The position numbers were made by a program, and so were the translations under genes. The notes below the pieces were generated by a model. It was not told the DNA's origin and did not search any database. It was given only the letters and a program-made list of their open reading frames with translations. This document shows positions 7,417 to 17,750 of a DNA stretch of 64,000 bases, in pieces (position 1 is the first letter of the stretch; every line of letters starts with the position of its first letter). This DNA is from Myxococcales bacterium (lineage in GTDB: Bacteria > Myxococcota_A > Polyangia > Polyangiales > DASUME01): positions 512,001 through 576,000 of the forward strand of contig JASGJH010000001.1 of assembly GCA_047601445.1 (NCBI GenBank). The letters run 5' to 3'.

Positions 7417-9126
7417 ATGAGGCGGCTGCTTAGCGAGCTCCGGATTTGGCTGTTTCCGCTGTCAATTCTGCTGGGCGGCGCGCTCGCGGTCTTCGTGCTC
7501 ACGGTCTGGGTCGACGCGGCGCACTCCTTGGACCCATCCCACGTCCTGGACCTCATCGTCGAGCCGAACCCGGTGTCGGCGCAGAACACCCTCGGCAGTG
7601 CCGGTGAGGTGGTCGCCGCGGTCTTGGCCATCGCCATCACGGTCGTGGCCATCATCGTGGAACTCGCCTCCAACCGCTACACGCACCGCATCACCGAGCT
7701 GTTCGTGCGCGAGCCCATCAACTTCTACGTGATGGGGTTCTTCGTCATCACCGCCCTGCAGGGGCTGTGGGTGAACCTGATCATCGACTACGAGCCGGGC
7801 CACGGCGGCTTCGTGCCCTACGTGTCCATCGGCGTGTCGATGGCGATGCTGACCCTGTGCCTGCTGATCTTGCTGCCGTACTTCGCCTTCGTGTTCTCGT
7901 TCCTGAATCCGATCAGCATCGTGCAGCGCATCCGCGATAAGACCCTGCACGGTATCGAGCTCTCCCTTGGGCGCTGGAATCCCTTCGAGACCCACGTCTC
8001 CGCGCGCCTGTCGGGCGCACAGCAGGAGGCGGTGCGCGGCATCGAGCAGCTCTCCGATGTGTCGTTGAACGCGATGGAACACAAGGACAAGGGCGTGTCC
8101 ATGGCGGGCGTCGACGCGCTCTGCTCACTGCTCGTGAGCTATCAGCGCCTGCGCCCGAAGCTGCCCGAGGGGTGGTTCGGGATCGACGGCTCACTGGCCC
8201 ACAACCCGGACTTCGTCTCGATGGCGCCCGAGGTCCTCGAGGACCTGCGCAAGCGCAAGGTCTGGCTCGAGTGGAAGATCCTGCGTGGCTACCAGAGCCT
8301 CTACAACGAGGCACTCAACAAGATGCGCGACATCAACTACCTGGTGGCGATCAACTCGCGCCTGATGGCGGAGGCGGCCTGGGATCACCAGAACGCGCAG
8401 CTGTTCGAGATGGTGGTGAAGTTCTTCAACACCTACCTGCGTTCGGCCATCAACGCCCACGACATCCGCACCGCCTACAACGTGCTCAACCAGTATCGCC
8501 TGGTGGGCGAGAGCGCGGTGAGGCGCGACCCGAGCGGCGCGCGCGCCATCGAGATCGCCAAGTACTTCAAGTACTACGGCTTGCTCTCGTTCAACGCCAA
8601 GCTGCCTTTCATCCTGGAGACGGTGGCCTACGACATGTGCGCGCTGATCGAGTTCGCGTTCGATCAGAAGAGCCCCGCCACCCAGCCCCTGCTGCGCATC
8701 TTCTTGCAAGTGGACAAGGAGGGCGAGGGAGCCACCCAGGAAACCAGCCTGCGTGGCGTGCGCAAGGCCCAGCTCAAGCTTGCCAGCTACTTCCTGCTGC
8801 GCGGAGACGAAGCCCTGGCCCGCGAGGTGTTCCTCGACATGGGTGACGAGCGCCCCGAGCGTCTGGCCTCCATCCGCGACGAGCTCTTGAACGTGGAATC
8901 GCGCGAGTTCTGGGAGGTCTCCGACCGCGGGGTGAACTTCGACTACCTCGGCGACGAGCGGAAGGCGCAGCTGTTGCGCTTCTTCGAGTGGTTCGGGGAT
9001 CGCCTGCCGCGTTCCCGTAACTCGGGTCCCCAGCGCGCGCAGCCGGCACCCATCCCGGCCGACGCCGGGAACCTGGTGCCTGCTCCGCCGCAGGCCGCCG
9101 CGCCCGCAGGCAGCAACGCTAGCTGA
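7417..9126 (+). CDS. Membrane protein, DUF2254-like
   Basis: Four N-terminal TM segments with VELASNRYT motif, followed by a long helical soluble domain. Confidence 0.6.
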   Translation: MRRLLSELRIWLFPLSILLGGALAVFVLTVWVDAAHSLDPSHVLDLIVEPNPVSAQNTLGSAGEVVAAVLAIAITVVAIIVELASNRYTHRITELFVREPINFYVMGFFVITALQGLWVNLIIDYEPGHGGFVPYVSIGVSMAMLTLCLLILLPYFAFVFSFLNPISIVQRIRDKTLHGIELSLGRWNPFETHVSARLSGAQQEAVRGIEQLSDVSLNAMEHKDKGVSMAGVDALCSLLVSYQRLRPKLPEGWFGIDGSLAHNPDFVSMAPEVLEDLRKRKVWLEWKILRGYQSLYNEALNKMRDINYLVAINSRLMAEAAWDHQNAQLFEMVVKFFNTYLRSAINAHDIRTAYNVLNQYRLVGESAVRRDPSGARAIEIAKYFKYYGLLSFNAKLPFILETVAYDMCALIEFAFDQKSPATQPLLRIFLQVDKEGEGATQETSLRGVRKAQLKLASYFLLRGDEALAREVFLDMGDERPERLASIRDELLNVESREFWEVSDRGVNFDYLGDERKAQLLRFFEWFGDRLPRSRNSGPQRAQPAPIPADAGNLVPAPPQAAAPAGSNAS

Positions 9127-9131
9127 CCTCC

Positions 9132-10833
9132 ATGCAGCCGTCTCCTCCCGACCTTCCTGACGCCTCTCCCACTCGCATGGAGGTGCGCAGTCGTCGCCCT
9201 CCGAGCCGGGAAGTCGCCATCGAGGAGGACGACACGCGCGCGGCGGAGGATCTCGAGGCCCCCTCCTATACGGTCCGCAACATCGTCGACCGGCAGCTGC
9301 ACAAGCGCATGGAGCTGTTCGCGCCGCTGGTGCTGGCCCTGGTGTGCCTGGTGGCGCTGTCTTCGATGCTGCTGGGGGGCGACCCGCTAGCCCGCTACGT
9401 GCTCCTGGCCACGTTGGGTGTGGGGGCGCTCGGCAGCGGCTACACCATGCTTCGGCTCAAGCGTGGAAGGCATCTCGAGGTGTCACACCTGGTGATGTTC
9501 GGGGTGGCTTGCGCGGTGCCTCTCAACGGGGCCTTCTACTATTGGGGCGTGCTCTCGGGCGTGCTGGTGCTGTTGCCGCTGGGCGCCTTCGTCTTTCCGG
9601 TCGGGCGCACGCGGCAGGGCATGTTGGCGGCCTTCAGCGTGCTCGCCACGCACCTTCTGCTCTCGAGTCTGACCATCCTCGGGGTGATCCAGGACCGTGG
9701 GTTGCTTCGGCCCCACGACCTGCCGCCGCTCGGGCAGTGGCTAAGCTTGTTCTTCGCGGACTCCATCGCGGTGGCGGCGTACTTCATCGGGCGCAGAAGC
9801 GAGCTCTACGCCGAGCGCGCCATGCGCGATCTCGACCGGGCGGCTCGCGAGGCGGCCCAGCGCGGTGAGCTGCTCGCGGAGGCGCGCTTCGACCTGGCGC
9901 GTGCATTGCGCGCGGGCAGGGCAGGGCGCTTCACGGGCCAAAGCCTGGGGGGCTACACGCTGGGGATGGTGCTCGGACGCGGCGCGATGGGCGAGGTCTA
10001 CGAGGGCACGTCGGCCAGCGGCGAATCCTGCGCGGTGAAGCTGCTGCACCTGCACCTGGTGAGCGACCGCAACCACTACGCCCGCTTCGTGCGCGAGGCG
10101 CGCATCGCATCCACCTTGAACGTGGCCAACGTGGTTCGCGTGATCGAGGCCTCCGACGAGAACGCGGTGCTGCCCTATCTCGTGATGGAGCGTTTGAGCG
10201 GCGTGGACCTCGGTGCGCACCTCGGGCAAGTCACCAAGCTCGAGTCCGCAGAAGTGCTCGCGCTCCTGCGTCAGATCGCCGAGGGGCTCGACGCGGCCCA
10301 CGCCGTGGGCATCGTGCACCGCGATCTCAAGCCGCAGAACATCTTCCGCGCCAGCGTGGGCGAGCAGGTGATTCTGGAAGGTGCTCGACTTCGGGGTCTC
10401 CAAGCTCCTCGATCAGAATGCCACCATCAGCCAGGGCGTGGTGGTCGGCACGCCGCAGTACATGGCTCCGGAGCAAGCGCGCGGTGACGCCGTCGATGCG
10501 CGCGCGGACTTTTACTCGCTGGCGTTGATCACCTACCGCGCGCTCACCGGGCGCCCGGCCTTCATCGTCAGTGACGTCCACACCTTGCTGGCGGTGGTTT
10601 CCTTGCGCATGCCGCCACGACCCAGCGACATGGTCGCGATACCCACCGAGGTCGACGACGTCATCGCGGTGGCCATGTCGAAGGAGCCGCGCGACCGCTT
10701 CCCGAGCGCGCGGGCCTTTGCGGATGCTCTGGAGCTGGCGTTTCAGGGGCGCATCGACCCCGAGCTACGCAAGCGCGCCCAGGACGTGTTGGCTCGCTGG
10801 CCCTGGGACGACCCGGCGCGCGAACAAAAGTAG
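9132..10833 (+). pseudogene. Membrane-anchored Hanks-type Ser/Thr protein kinase, frameshifted at about 10371-10374 (probably a sequencing error)
   Basis: TM region, LGRGAMGEVY, AVKLL and HRDLKPQN are in one frame. KVLDFG, GTPQYMAPEQ and ADFYSL are in the +1 frame. Confidence 0.85.
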
Positions 10834-10869
10834 TTTCAGCAGTCAGCAGAGGTAGCGCGACGTCACGGT

Positions 10870-11487
10870 ATGCGTGCGCTTCGATGGCTGTGGGTCTCGC
10901 TCTTGGTGGGCTGTTCGCCCGTGGTCAGCGCGCCCCGCCGCGCGCGCGTGGAGCGCCCTCTGCGGCCGACCTGCCAGGTGTTGGAGGGCGCGCTCTGGTG
11001 CGCGGACGAGCAGGCACCACTCGAGCCCGTGCACCTTCCCTTCGCCATCAAGATGGCCGCCCCGCGGGCCGCCGGTGGTGCCTATGCGCTCGGGTCGGCC
11101 GGGCAGCTCGTGCGAATCGGGCCGCGCGGTCTGATTACGGGCGCTTTCCAGACCGAGCTCGTGTCGCTGACGACGACGCAGGATTATCTGTGCGGCGTCA
11201 GCACGGGTGGGGAGGTGCTCTGTGCGCGCGACCACCACCAGGACGCCGTCTGCCCCGCCGCCGGGCTCTCACCCTGGCAGCGCGTGCCGAACCTCCGGCC
11301 TCGGGACGCCGAGCTATGGAGTGCCGACGCCGGCAAGCGCCTCTGCACCACGGACGAAAGCGGGGAGGAGCAGTGTCGCTCGGGGCGCGCTGCCTGTGGC
11401 CGCTTTTGCCTGTCCTATCCTGCCTGTGGCCCCCTGCGCTGCGTCGACGCCTGCGCGCCCGAAGACCAGCTCGGGGCGATGCTTTGA
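10870..11487 (+). CDS. Hypothetical Cys-rich lipoprotein (possible degenerate RCC1-like repeat)
   Basis: Lipobox LVGC; segment YLCGVSTGGEVLC. Confidence 0.6.
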   Translation: MRALRWLWVSLLVGCSPVVSAPRRARVERPLRPTCQVLEGALWCADEQAPLEPVHLPFAIKMAAPRAAGGAYALGSAGQLVRIGPRGLITGAFQTELVSLTTTQDYLCGVSTGGEVLCARDHHQDAVCPAAGLSPWQRVPNLRPRDAELWSADAGKRLCTTDESGEEQCRSGRAACGRFCLSYPACGPLRCVDACAPEDQLGAML

Positions 11488-11528
11488 TTTTTCTTCATCA
11501 CGCCGAGTCGGTGAGGAGACGATCCCAC

Positions 11529-12125
11529 GTGAGGTCCGTGCCCCTGCCCATGTTCCTGCGCCGCACTCGCACCCTGTCCAGCGCGCCCGCGCCGGAGCAC
11601 GCGGTCGTCAGCGTGGTGCGGGCAGAGCTCCCCCGCGTGGAGCGCCTGCTCGGGCGCATGCTGGGACCGCGGGCCGACCTGGAGGACCTGGTGCAGACCG
11701 TGTTCGTGGAGGCCTGCCGGTCCTACCCGAGCTTTCGCGGAGAGGGCAGCCTGGGCGCCTTCATCGGCGGCATCACCGTGCGCGTGGCCCGTCGCGCCAT
11801 GCGAGGCAGCGCCTTCTCACGCCATCGTGCCGATCTGGAGGTGGAGCCCGCGAGCCCGGGCATGAATCCCGAGGAGAGCTACCAACACGGGCAGCACATG
11901 CAGGCCATCCGGCGGGCGCTCGAGAAGCTCGCGCCCAAGAAGCGGGTAGCGTTCACGCTGTGGGCATTCGAGGGGCTCGAGCCTGCGGAGATCGCGCGAC
12001 TCACCGGCGCAAGCCTGGCAGCCACCCGTTCGCGCATCTTCTACGCGCAACGCGAACTCCGGCAGATGGCTCTAAAGAACCCGAGTCTGCGCGACGCGCT
12101 GGGGGGGCCCGATGAAACCCGATGA
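11529..12125 (+). CDS. ECF RNA polymerase sigma-70 factor
   Basis: Region 2 DLEDLVQTVFVEA...SFRGE; region 4 LEKLAPKKRVAF...EGLEPAEIA...ATRSRIFYAQREL. Start is GTG 11529 or ATG 11550. Confidence 0.88.
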   Translation: MRSVPLPMFLRRTRTLSSAPAPEHAVVSVVRAELPRVERLLGRMLGPRADLEDLVQTVFVEACRSYPSFRGEGSLGAFIGGITVRVARRAMRGSAFSRHRADLEVEPASPGMNPEESYQHGQHMQAIRRALEKLAPKKRVAFTLWAFEGLEPAEIARLTGASLAATRSRIFYAQRELRQMALKNPSLRDALGGPDETR

Positions 12126-13095
12126 ACGCCTGCGCGCGCGCTTGCGAGAACTCGCCGACGCGGAGTCACTGCCCGAGTTGTCCGCCGCGCGGCGCCTGGG
12201 GGCCGAGTCGCGGGCACGCGCGGAGCTCGAGCGCAGCGAGAGACGGCGTACTTGGGGGCTGGCGCTGTTCGCCTGTGGAGCGCTGGCCGTGGCGGCGCTG
12301 TTGATGCTCGAGCTGCCGAGTCGCTCACAGCAGGCGCAAGTCGCCGTGCGTCCGTCGCAGGGCTCGCCTCCACCGCATGGAGTCGACACTCGGTCCGCTG
12401 CCCACGTGGGCTCCTCCTTGCCGAGCGCACCAGCGCAGTCGCCCTCGTGTAGCGCGCACGCCGCGGCGCGCTGGACCCACGTCCCGAATGGTCTCGAGCT
12501 CGATCTCGGCGCGCGCGCTCTGCTGCGGGCTTCGCCGGAGGCGCTCGTGACGCACAGCCTGTCGGACGACTGTGACGTGCAAGCTGGCCTCGAGCGTGGC
12601 GCTTTGGCCGTGCACGCCAGGCACCTGGGCGGGCGCACGTTGGTGGTGCACACGCCACGCGGCGACGTCACGGTCAAGGGCACCATCTTCGAAGTGGCGC
12701 TTTCAGCGTCGGGCGAGCTGAGCGTGGGCGTCGACGAGGGCTTGGTGGAAGTGCGTCCGCCCGACGCCGCGGCTGTGCTGGTGGAGCCCGGAATTCGAGT
12801 CTCGCTCGGCACACGCATGACGCGAGAGCCATTCGCCCACTCCGAGCGCACCGCCCTGCGTCGACAGCTCGGCTTGGACGTCCTGGTTCCGAGCACGGGG
12901 CAGGCGCTGCCCATGCCGCAGGTCCAGCCGAACGCTCCAGACGCCGCGGCGGAGGAGCCGACCGTGGAGCGCAGCTGGCACGCGGGCAGCGTCGAGCCGC
13001 CCCGCGTCGCGCCCGAGCCGGGCTCGAGTGTCACCGAGGAAGGGCGCCCCATGTCGAAGCCGCGAGTGGTCCATGAAAAGGGAGGTCATCCATGA
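12112..13095 (+). CDS. FecR-domain anti-sigma/transmembrane sensor
   Basis: Single TM helix, then LERGALAV...VVHTPRGDVTVKGTIFEV...VGVDEGLVEV; overlaps the sigma gene. Confidence 0.8.
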   Translation: MKPDERLRARLRELADAESLPELSAARRLGAESRARAELERSERRRTWGLALFACGALAVAALLMLELPSRSQQAQVAVRPSQGSPPPHGVDTRSAAHVGSSLPSAPAQSPSCSAHAAARWTHVPNGLELDLGARALLRASPEALVTHSLSDDCDVQAGLERGALAVHARHLGGRTLVVHTPRGDVTVKGTIFEVALSASGELSVGVDEGLVEVRPPDAAAVLVEPGIRVSLGTRMTREPFAHSERTALRRQLGLDVLVPSTGQALPMPQVQPNAPDAAAEEPTVERSWHAGSVEPPRVAPEPGSSVTEEGRPMSKPRVVHEKGGHP

Positions 13096-13331
13096 AGAAG
13101 CTAGTCATCGCCTTGTGCATCGTAGGAACCCTTGCGGGCCTGGCTCGCGCCGAGCCGATTCATGCGCCCAAGCCGGTCGAATACGGCTTCGACGACGAAC
13201 TCGTGTCCGGCGACCTCGTGCGCTCGGACAGCGAGTTCATACCGGTCCGGCGGCGCAGCGTGCGCGCTTCGCTGGTCGAGGTGCGCACCAGCTACGTGCC
13301 CGAGTTACTCAAGAGTGTCGAGGACCTCTAA
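13092..13331 (+). CDS. Small secreted CglF/GltF-like (adventurous gliding) protein
   Basis: Signal peptide, then YGFDDELVSGDLVRSDSEF...SLVEVRTSYVPELLKSVEDL. This matches the recalled CglF pattern (DF-DD-I-GDL..PDG...LI.IR..F...SV.EL). ATGA-coupled to the FecR gene. Confidence 0.7.
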   Translation: MKKLVIALCIVGTLAGLARAEPIHAPKPVEYGFDDELVSGDLVRSDSEFIPVRRRSVRASLVEVRTSYVPELLKSVEDL

Positions 13332-13407
13332 AGACCCGCCTGCGGTCACGGGGCGAGTTGGCCGTGCGATTTGGAGAATGCTCTGCCGCGCGGCATGCTG
13401 CATCACC

Positions 13408-14421
13408 ATGGATCATCTGCTCGCCGGGGACATCGGGGGAACCAAGACCGCGCTCAGCCTCTACGCGCGAGACCCCCAAAGCGGATACCGCGACGTGGCG
13501 CATGCTCGGTACGTGAGCGCCGAGTATTCGGGGCTCGCGCCCATCATTCGGGATTTCCTGCAAGCAGCGCTCGGAGCTGGCGCCCACGACAGCGTGCGCG
13601 CCGCGGCCTTCGGCGTGGCCGGACCCGTGGAGAACGGCGTCTGCAAAACCACCAACCTGCCCTGGATCATCGAGCAGCGGCTCCTCTCGCAGATCCTGGG
13701 CGCCCCGGTCGGGCTGATCAACGACTTCCATGCCGTGGCGCTCGGCATCGGCGAGTTGATGCCCGAGGACTTCGAGGTACTGCAGGTGGGGCAGCGCGAC
13801 CCCGAGGGCCCGGCGGCCATTCTCGGCGCGGGCACCGGCCTCGGTGAGGCCATCCTCCTGCCCGGACCGGGCGGCGGGGTGCAAGTCATCGCAAGCGAAG
13901 GCGGCCACGTGGACTTCGCGCCTCGCAACCAGCTCGAGCTCGAGCTGCTGCAGTTTCTGTGGTCGCGCCATCGCCGCGTGTCGGTGGAGCGCGTGGTGTC
14001 AGGACCGGGCATCAAGACCCTGTACGACTTCGTGATCGAGAGCCAGCAGGCACCGGAGTCCGGTCAGGTACGGGAAGCGCTCGAAAAAGAAGACCCGAGC
14101 AAGGTGATCGGTGAGCACGGTGTGGCCGGCACCGACGCGGCCTGCGAGAAGGCCGTGGATCTCTTCGTGAGCTTGTACGGCTCCGAAGCCGGCAATCTGG
14201 CGCTCAAGATTCTCCCGCGCGGAGGTCTGTTCGTGGCAGGTGGGGTGGCGCCCAAGCTGATCGCCAAGATTCGCGACGGCTCCTTCATGCACGCCCTGCT
14301 CGACAAGGGGAGGCTCTCGAGCGCCCTGATGCAGTTGCACGTCGCGGTGGTGATGAACCCGCACGTGGGTTTGTTCGGAGCCCGTCGCTTGGCCAAGGAC
14401 CTTCACAACAGCCGCATCTGA
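13408..14421 (+). CDS. glk: Glucokinase
   Basis: LAGDIGGTKT, GVAGPV, TNLPW, INDF, GAGTGLGE, SEGGH, SVERVVSGPG. Confidence 0.93.
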   Translation: MDHLLAGDIGGTKTALSLYARDPQSGYRDVAHARYVSAEYSGLAPIIRDFLQAALGAGAHDSVRAAAFGVAGPVENGVCKTTNLPWIIEQRLLSQILGAPVGLINDFHAVALGIGELMPEDFEVLQVGQRDPEGPAAILGAGTGLGEAILLPGPGGGVQVIASEGGHVDFAPRNQLELELLQFLWSRHRRVSVERVVSGPGIKTLYDFVIESQQAPESGQVREALEKEDPSKVIGEHGVAGTDAACEKAVDLFVSLYGSEAGNLALKILPRGGLFVAGGVAPKLIAKIRDGSFMHALLDKGRLSSALMQLHVAVVMNPHVGLFGARRLAKDLHNSRI

Positions 14422-14460
14422 TGAAGCAACGCGGCAGGCCAAACGACAACGGGCTGATCC

Positions 14461-15801
14461 TCAACGCACGTTCACGATGGCGACTGCGTTGGGCTCCATC
14501 AATCCCGTGACGAGATCACCCAGCGCGCTGAGCTTGCCGTCTGCGGCGATGCTGAACACAGCCAGCGATCCCGAGCCCTGGTTGGCCACCACCATCAGCT
14601 CGCCTTCGGAGTCGATGTCGAAGTTGCGCGGGGTCGTGCCGCGTGTGGACTCGTTCTCGATCAGGGTCACGGTGCCATTGGCCGCGATGGAGAACACCGC
14701 GATGTTGTTCTGCCCGCGGTTGCTCATGTACACGAACTTGCCCGACGGGTGCACGAGCGCATGGGCGCCCGTGTCGCCAGCGCCGTCCGCCTGGTTGTTG
14801 GCCAGGGCCGACGTGGTCTGCAGCTCGGTCAACAGACCTGCGTTGCTGATGCTGTAGACCGACAAGGTGCTGTTGTCCTCGTTGGCCACGTAGAGGTAGG
14901 GCTTGCTGGGATGCAGCGCGACGTGGCGCGGCCCGGCGGGGGTCTCCACATCCGGGTCACCGCCGCGGATGGTCACCGGGTCATTGGCAGCGAGCTGACC
15001 GGTGTTCGAGTTGAACTTGAGCTGGCCGATGGTGTTGGCGTTGCGGTTGGCGGCGAAGGCAAAGGTACCCGTCTTGTCCACGCGGACGCTGTGGGTCTGG
15101 GCGTCGGAGGCAAACGGGAAGGAACTCGCCGGAGCTCCCAGAGCCCCGCTGTTCTCGATGGGAAACGAGACCACGCGTCCCCCGTAATAGTTGGCTGCCA
15201 ACACGAAGTCCTGGTTCGGGCTCAAGGAGGTGAACACCATGGCGTTCAGCTCCGAGCTTCCGGCCTGCACCTGTTGCGTCTCGATCTTCGACGGTGTGCC
15301 GTCGTTGCCAATGGAGGCCGCGGTCACGCCGGCGGCGTAGGACTCGTTGGCCACGTAGAGGAACTTCCCGTTCGCGGTGGGCGCGATGTACGTGGGCGAC
15401 GGGCCGAGGTCCTTGTTGCCGCCTACCTGGGTCAGGGCACCCGTGCTGCGGTTGAGCTTGAAGGTCTTGAACGGGTAGGGATCGCCCCCGTTGCCTCCTT
15501 GATAGACGTAGGTCGCGATGATTGGCTTCGGAGCGACGGCGGCGTCCTGGCCCGAGTCCACGGCGGCGTCGTGCGGCGCCGCTCCGTCGTGACTGGCGTC
15601 GCCGGTCGCGGCATCGCGCGGCTTTTGCGCGGCGTCTTCCTGCGCGGCATCGCCACCTTGGCTGCTGGCGTCGTCGCCTTCGCTCGTCGTCGCGTCGCGT
15701 TCGCTGTTGTTGTCAGAGGAGCTGGTGCAGCCGAGTCCCGCCGCCAAGGCGAGGCAAATCAGAGGGCGCAGGCTGCGGCGGATGGGCGTGCGTGTCTGCA
15801 T
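14461..15801 (-). CDS. Lactonase-family (Pgl/YbhE-like) beta-propeller, lipoprotein
   Basis: AANYYGG, QTHSV, GPRHVALHP, YVANE, YMSNRG, TPRNF; lipobox GLGC with an Asp/Ala-rich linker. Confidence 0.85.
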   Translation of the reverse strand: MQTRTPIRRSLRPLICLALAAGLGCTSSSDNNSERDATTSEGDDASSQGGDAAQEDAAQKPRDAATGDASHDGAAPHDAAVDSGQDAAVAPKPIIATYVYQGGNGGDPYPFKTFKLNRSTGALTQVGGNKDLGPSPTYIAPTANGKFLYVANESYAAGVTAASIGNDGTPSKIETQQVQAGSSELNAMVFTSLSPNQDFVLAANYYGGRVVSFPIENSGALGAPASSFPFASDAQTHSVRVDKTGTFAFAANRNANTIGQLKFNSNTGQLAANDPVTIRGGDPDVETPAGPRHVALHPSKPYLYVANEDNSTLSVYSISNAGLLTELQTTSALANNQADGAGDTGAHALVHPSGKFVYMSNRGQNNIAVFSIAANGTVTLIENESTRGTTPRNFDIDSEGELMVVANQGSGSLAVFSIAADGKLSALGDLVTGLMEPNAVAIVNVR

Positions 15802-16079
15802 GGCCTTTTGACCCTGCCACGTGCCGCGACCGGCAACAAATCTGGGGCATTGCTCAATTCCAACGCAATACCGCGTGGTTGGGGCATTCGTGAGACAGGT
15901 GGGCAGGCTGGCACGACGCAGGGCACGGCGGGCGGCGCTCACTGGGCTCAAGGCTACGCAGGCTCACGAATGGGGACCCCAGATGTGGGGCGCCTTGCCC
16001 AAAACTCGAATGCTTTTGGAGCGATGTGACTGTTCCATGACACCGCTTACCCAGGATGTGGTCTATAAGCCCACCATCG

Positions 16080-16099
16080 GAAACGTATGTGTACGTTTC
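16080..16099. promoter_or_regulatory. Perfect inverted repeat, candidate repressor operator of the desaturase
   Basis: GAAACGTA-tgtg-TACGTTTC lies just downstream of TATAAG (16064-16069). Confidence 0.45.
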
Positions 16100-16139
16100 T
16101 CGACTGCTCGCCGAGTGACTGCACCCTGGAGAGATCCCC

Positions 16140-16904
16140 ATGGCCGTTCTCATCTTCTTCGTCGTGCATTGGCAGGTCTGTGTGTTCTGCCAGTCCTTCT
16201 TCCTGCATCGCTACAGCGCGCACAAGCAGTTCACGATGTCGCCGGGCTGGGAGCGCTTCTTCTATCTTTTCACTTACGTGTGCCAGGGCTCGAGCTTCTT
16301 GAATCCGCGCGGCTACGCCATTCTGCACCGCATGCACCACGCGTACAGTGACACCGAGAAGGACCCGCACTCGCCGCTGTTCGCTACCGACGCTCTCTCC
16401 ATGATGCTCAAGACCAAGCACGAGTACGACGACTTCGCGTACCGTCGTCGTGAGCCCGAACCCCGCTTCAGCGGCGACTACCCGGAGTGGGACTTCATCG
16501 ACAAGCTCGGACAGAACTGGGTCGCGCGCCTGTCATGGGTGGGCGTCTACGCCGTGTTCTACTTCCAGTTCGCCACCTCGCCCTGGCTTTGGCTGCTCCT
16601 GCCCGTACAAGCCGTGGTGGGGCCGGTCCACGGCGCCATCGTGAACTGGTGCGGACACAAGTACGGCTACCAGAACTTCGACAACGGCGACGCCTCGCGC
16701 AACACGCTGTTCGTGGACTTCCTGACCGCTGGTGAGCTGTTCCAGAACAACCACCACAAGTTCGCCATGAGCCCGAATTTCGCGGCTCGCACCTGGGAAG
16801 TGGATCCCACGTACCTCGTGATCAAGGTGCTCAGCGCGCTCAAGATCATCACGCTCAAGGGTGGCCAGCGCATGCGCTTCCCCGAGGTCGCTGCCGCGGA
16901 GTGA
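16140..16904 (+). CDS. Membrane acyl-CoA/fatty acid desaturase (delta-9-like)
   Basis: His boxes HRYSAH, HRMHH and QNNHH; DPHSP; VNWCGH. Confidence 0.9.
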   Translation: MAVLIFFVVHWQVCVFCQSFFLHRYSAHKQFTMSPGWERFFYLFTYVCQGSSFLNPRGYAILHRMHHAYSDTEKDPHSPLFATDALSMMLKTKHEYDDFAYRRREPEPRFSGDYPEWDFIDKLGQNWVARLSWVGVYAVFYFQFATSPWLWLLLPVQAVVGPVHGAIVNWCGHKYGYQNFDNGDASRNTLFVDFLTAGELFQNNHHKFAMSPNFAARTWEVDPTYLVIKVLSALKIITLKGGQRMRFPEVAAAE

Positions 16905-17009
16905 GCCAGCAGCGGCCGCGCCGCGCGGGTTAGCGCCCGCTGCCATGCGTAGCCGCGACCGAGCGGAGTTCAGCGCGCCTGCCGAAATGTCAGGCGCATG
17001 CCTCCATGA

Positions 17010-17678
17010 TCAGGCGGGTGAGTCGACGATCAGGTCGTAGTCGGGGATGCGGAACGTGTCCTCGCGGGCCTTCGCCAGCCATCCCTGCACCGCCGGATGG
17101 GCTTCGAGCGCAGCTGCGTAGTCCGCGCAGATGCCGGTGAGCTTTACGTCGTAGGTGCGGAGGCGCATGAGCACCGGCGCGAACATGGCGTCGACGGCTC
17201 CGAAGGCCCCGCATAGATAGGGGCCACCCTGGCCGTGGTGTTCACGCAGCTCCTGCCATAGGGCCTGTACGCGGCGGACATTGCGGTCGGCCTCGGGCGT
17301 GCGCGGAAAGCCCGGGTAATGCGCCCGGATGTTCATGCCCATGGTCATGCGCATGGTGGCGAAGCCCGAGTGCATCTCCGCGCTGGCGCTGCGCGCGTGG
17401 GCGCGTGCCGCTGGATCCCGCGGCCAGATCCCGAGCTCGGGAAATTGCTCGGCGAGGTACTCGGCGATCGCGAGCGAGTCCCACACGCGCAGGCCATCGT
17501 GAATCAGCATGGGCAGGAGACCCGAAGGCGAGATCTGCTGCAGCTGCGCGCGGCCCGCAGTGTCGAGGTGCAGCCGCGTTTCCTTGAACTCCACGCCGGC
17601 GAAGCGCAGCAACACGCCCGCACGCATGGACCAGGAGGAGTAGTTGTAATCCAGGATGAAGAGCTCGAAGCTTGCCAT
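17010..17678 (-). CDS. Glutathione S-transferase family protein
   Basis: NYSSWSMR, SPSGLLP, VWDSLAIAEYL, AEMHSGF, DAMFAPV. Confidence 0.92.
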   Translation of the reverse strand: MASFELFILDYNYSSWSMRAGVLLRFAGVEFKETRLHLDTAGRAQLQQISPSGLLPMLIHDGLRVWDSLAIAEYLAEQFPELGIWPRDPAARAHARSASAEMHSGFATMRMTMGMNIRAHYPGFPRTPEADRNVRRVQALWQELREHHGQGGPYLCGAFGAVDAMFAPVLMRLRTYDVKLTGICADYAAALEAHPAVQGWLAKAREDTFRIPDYDLIVDSPA

Positions 17679-17750
17679 GAAGAACGCTTACCAAGCGCGT
17701 GCGCTCGTGCCAGCGCGCTTTGGCGGCTTCACCCGAGCTCGTCTTCGCGG

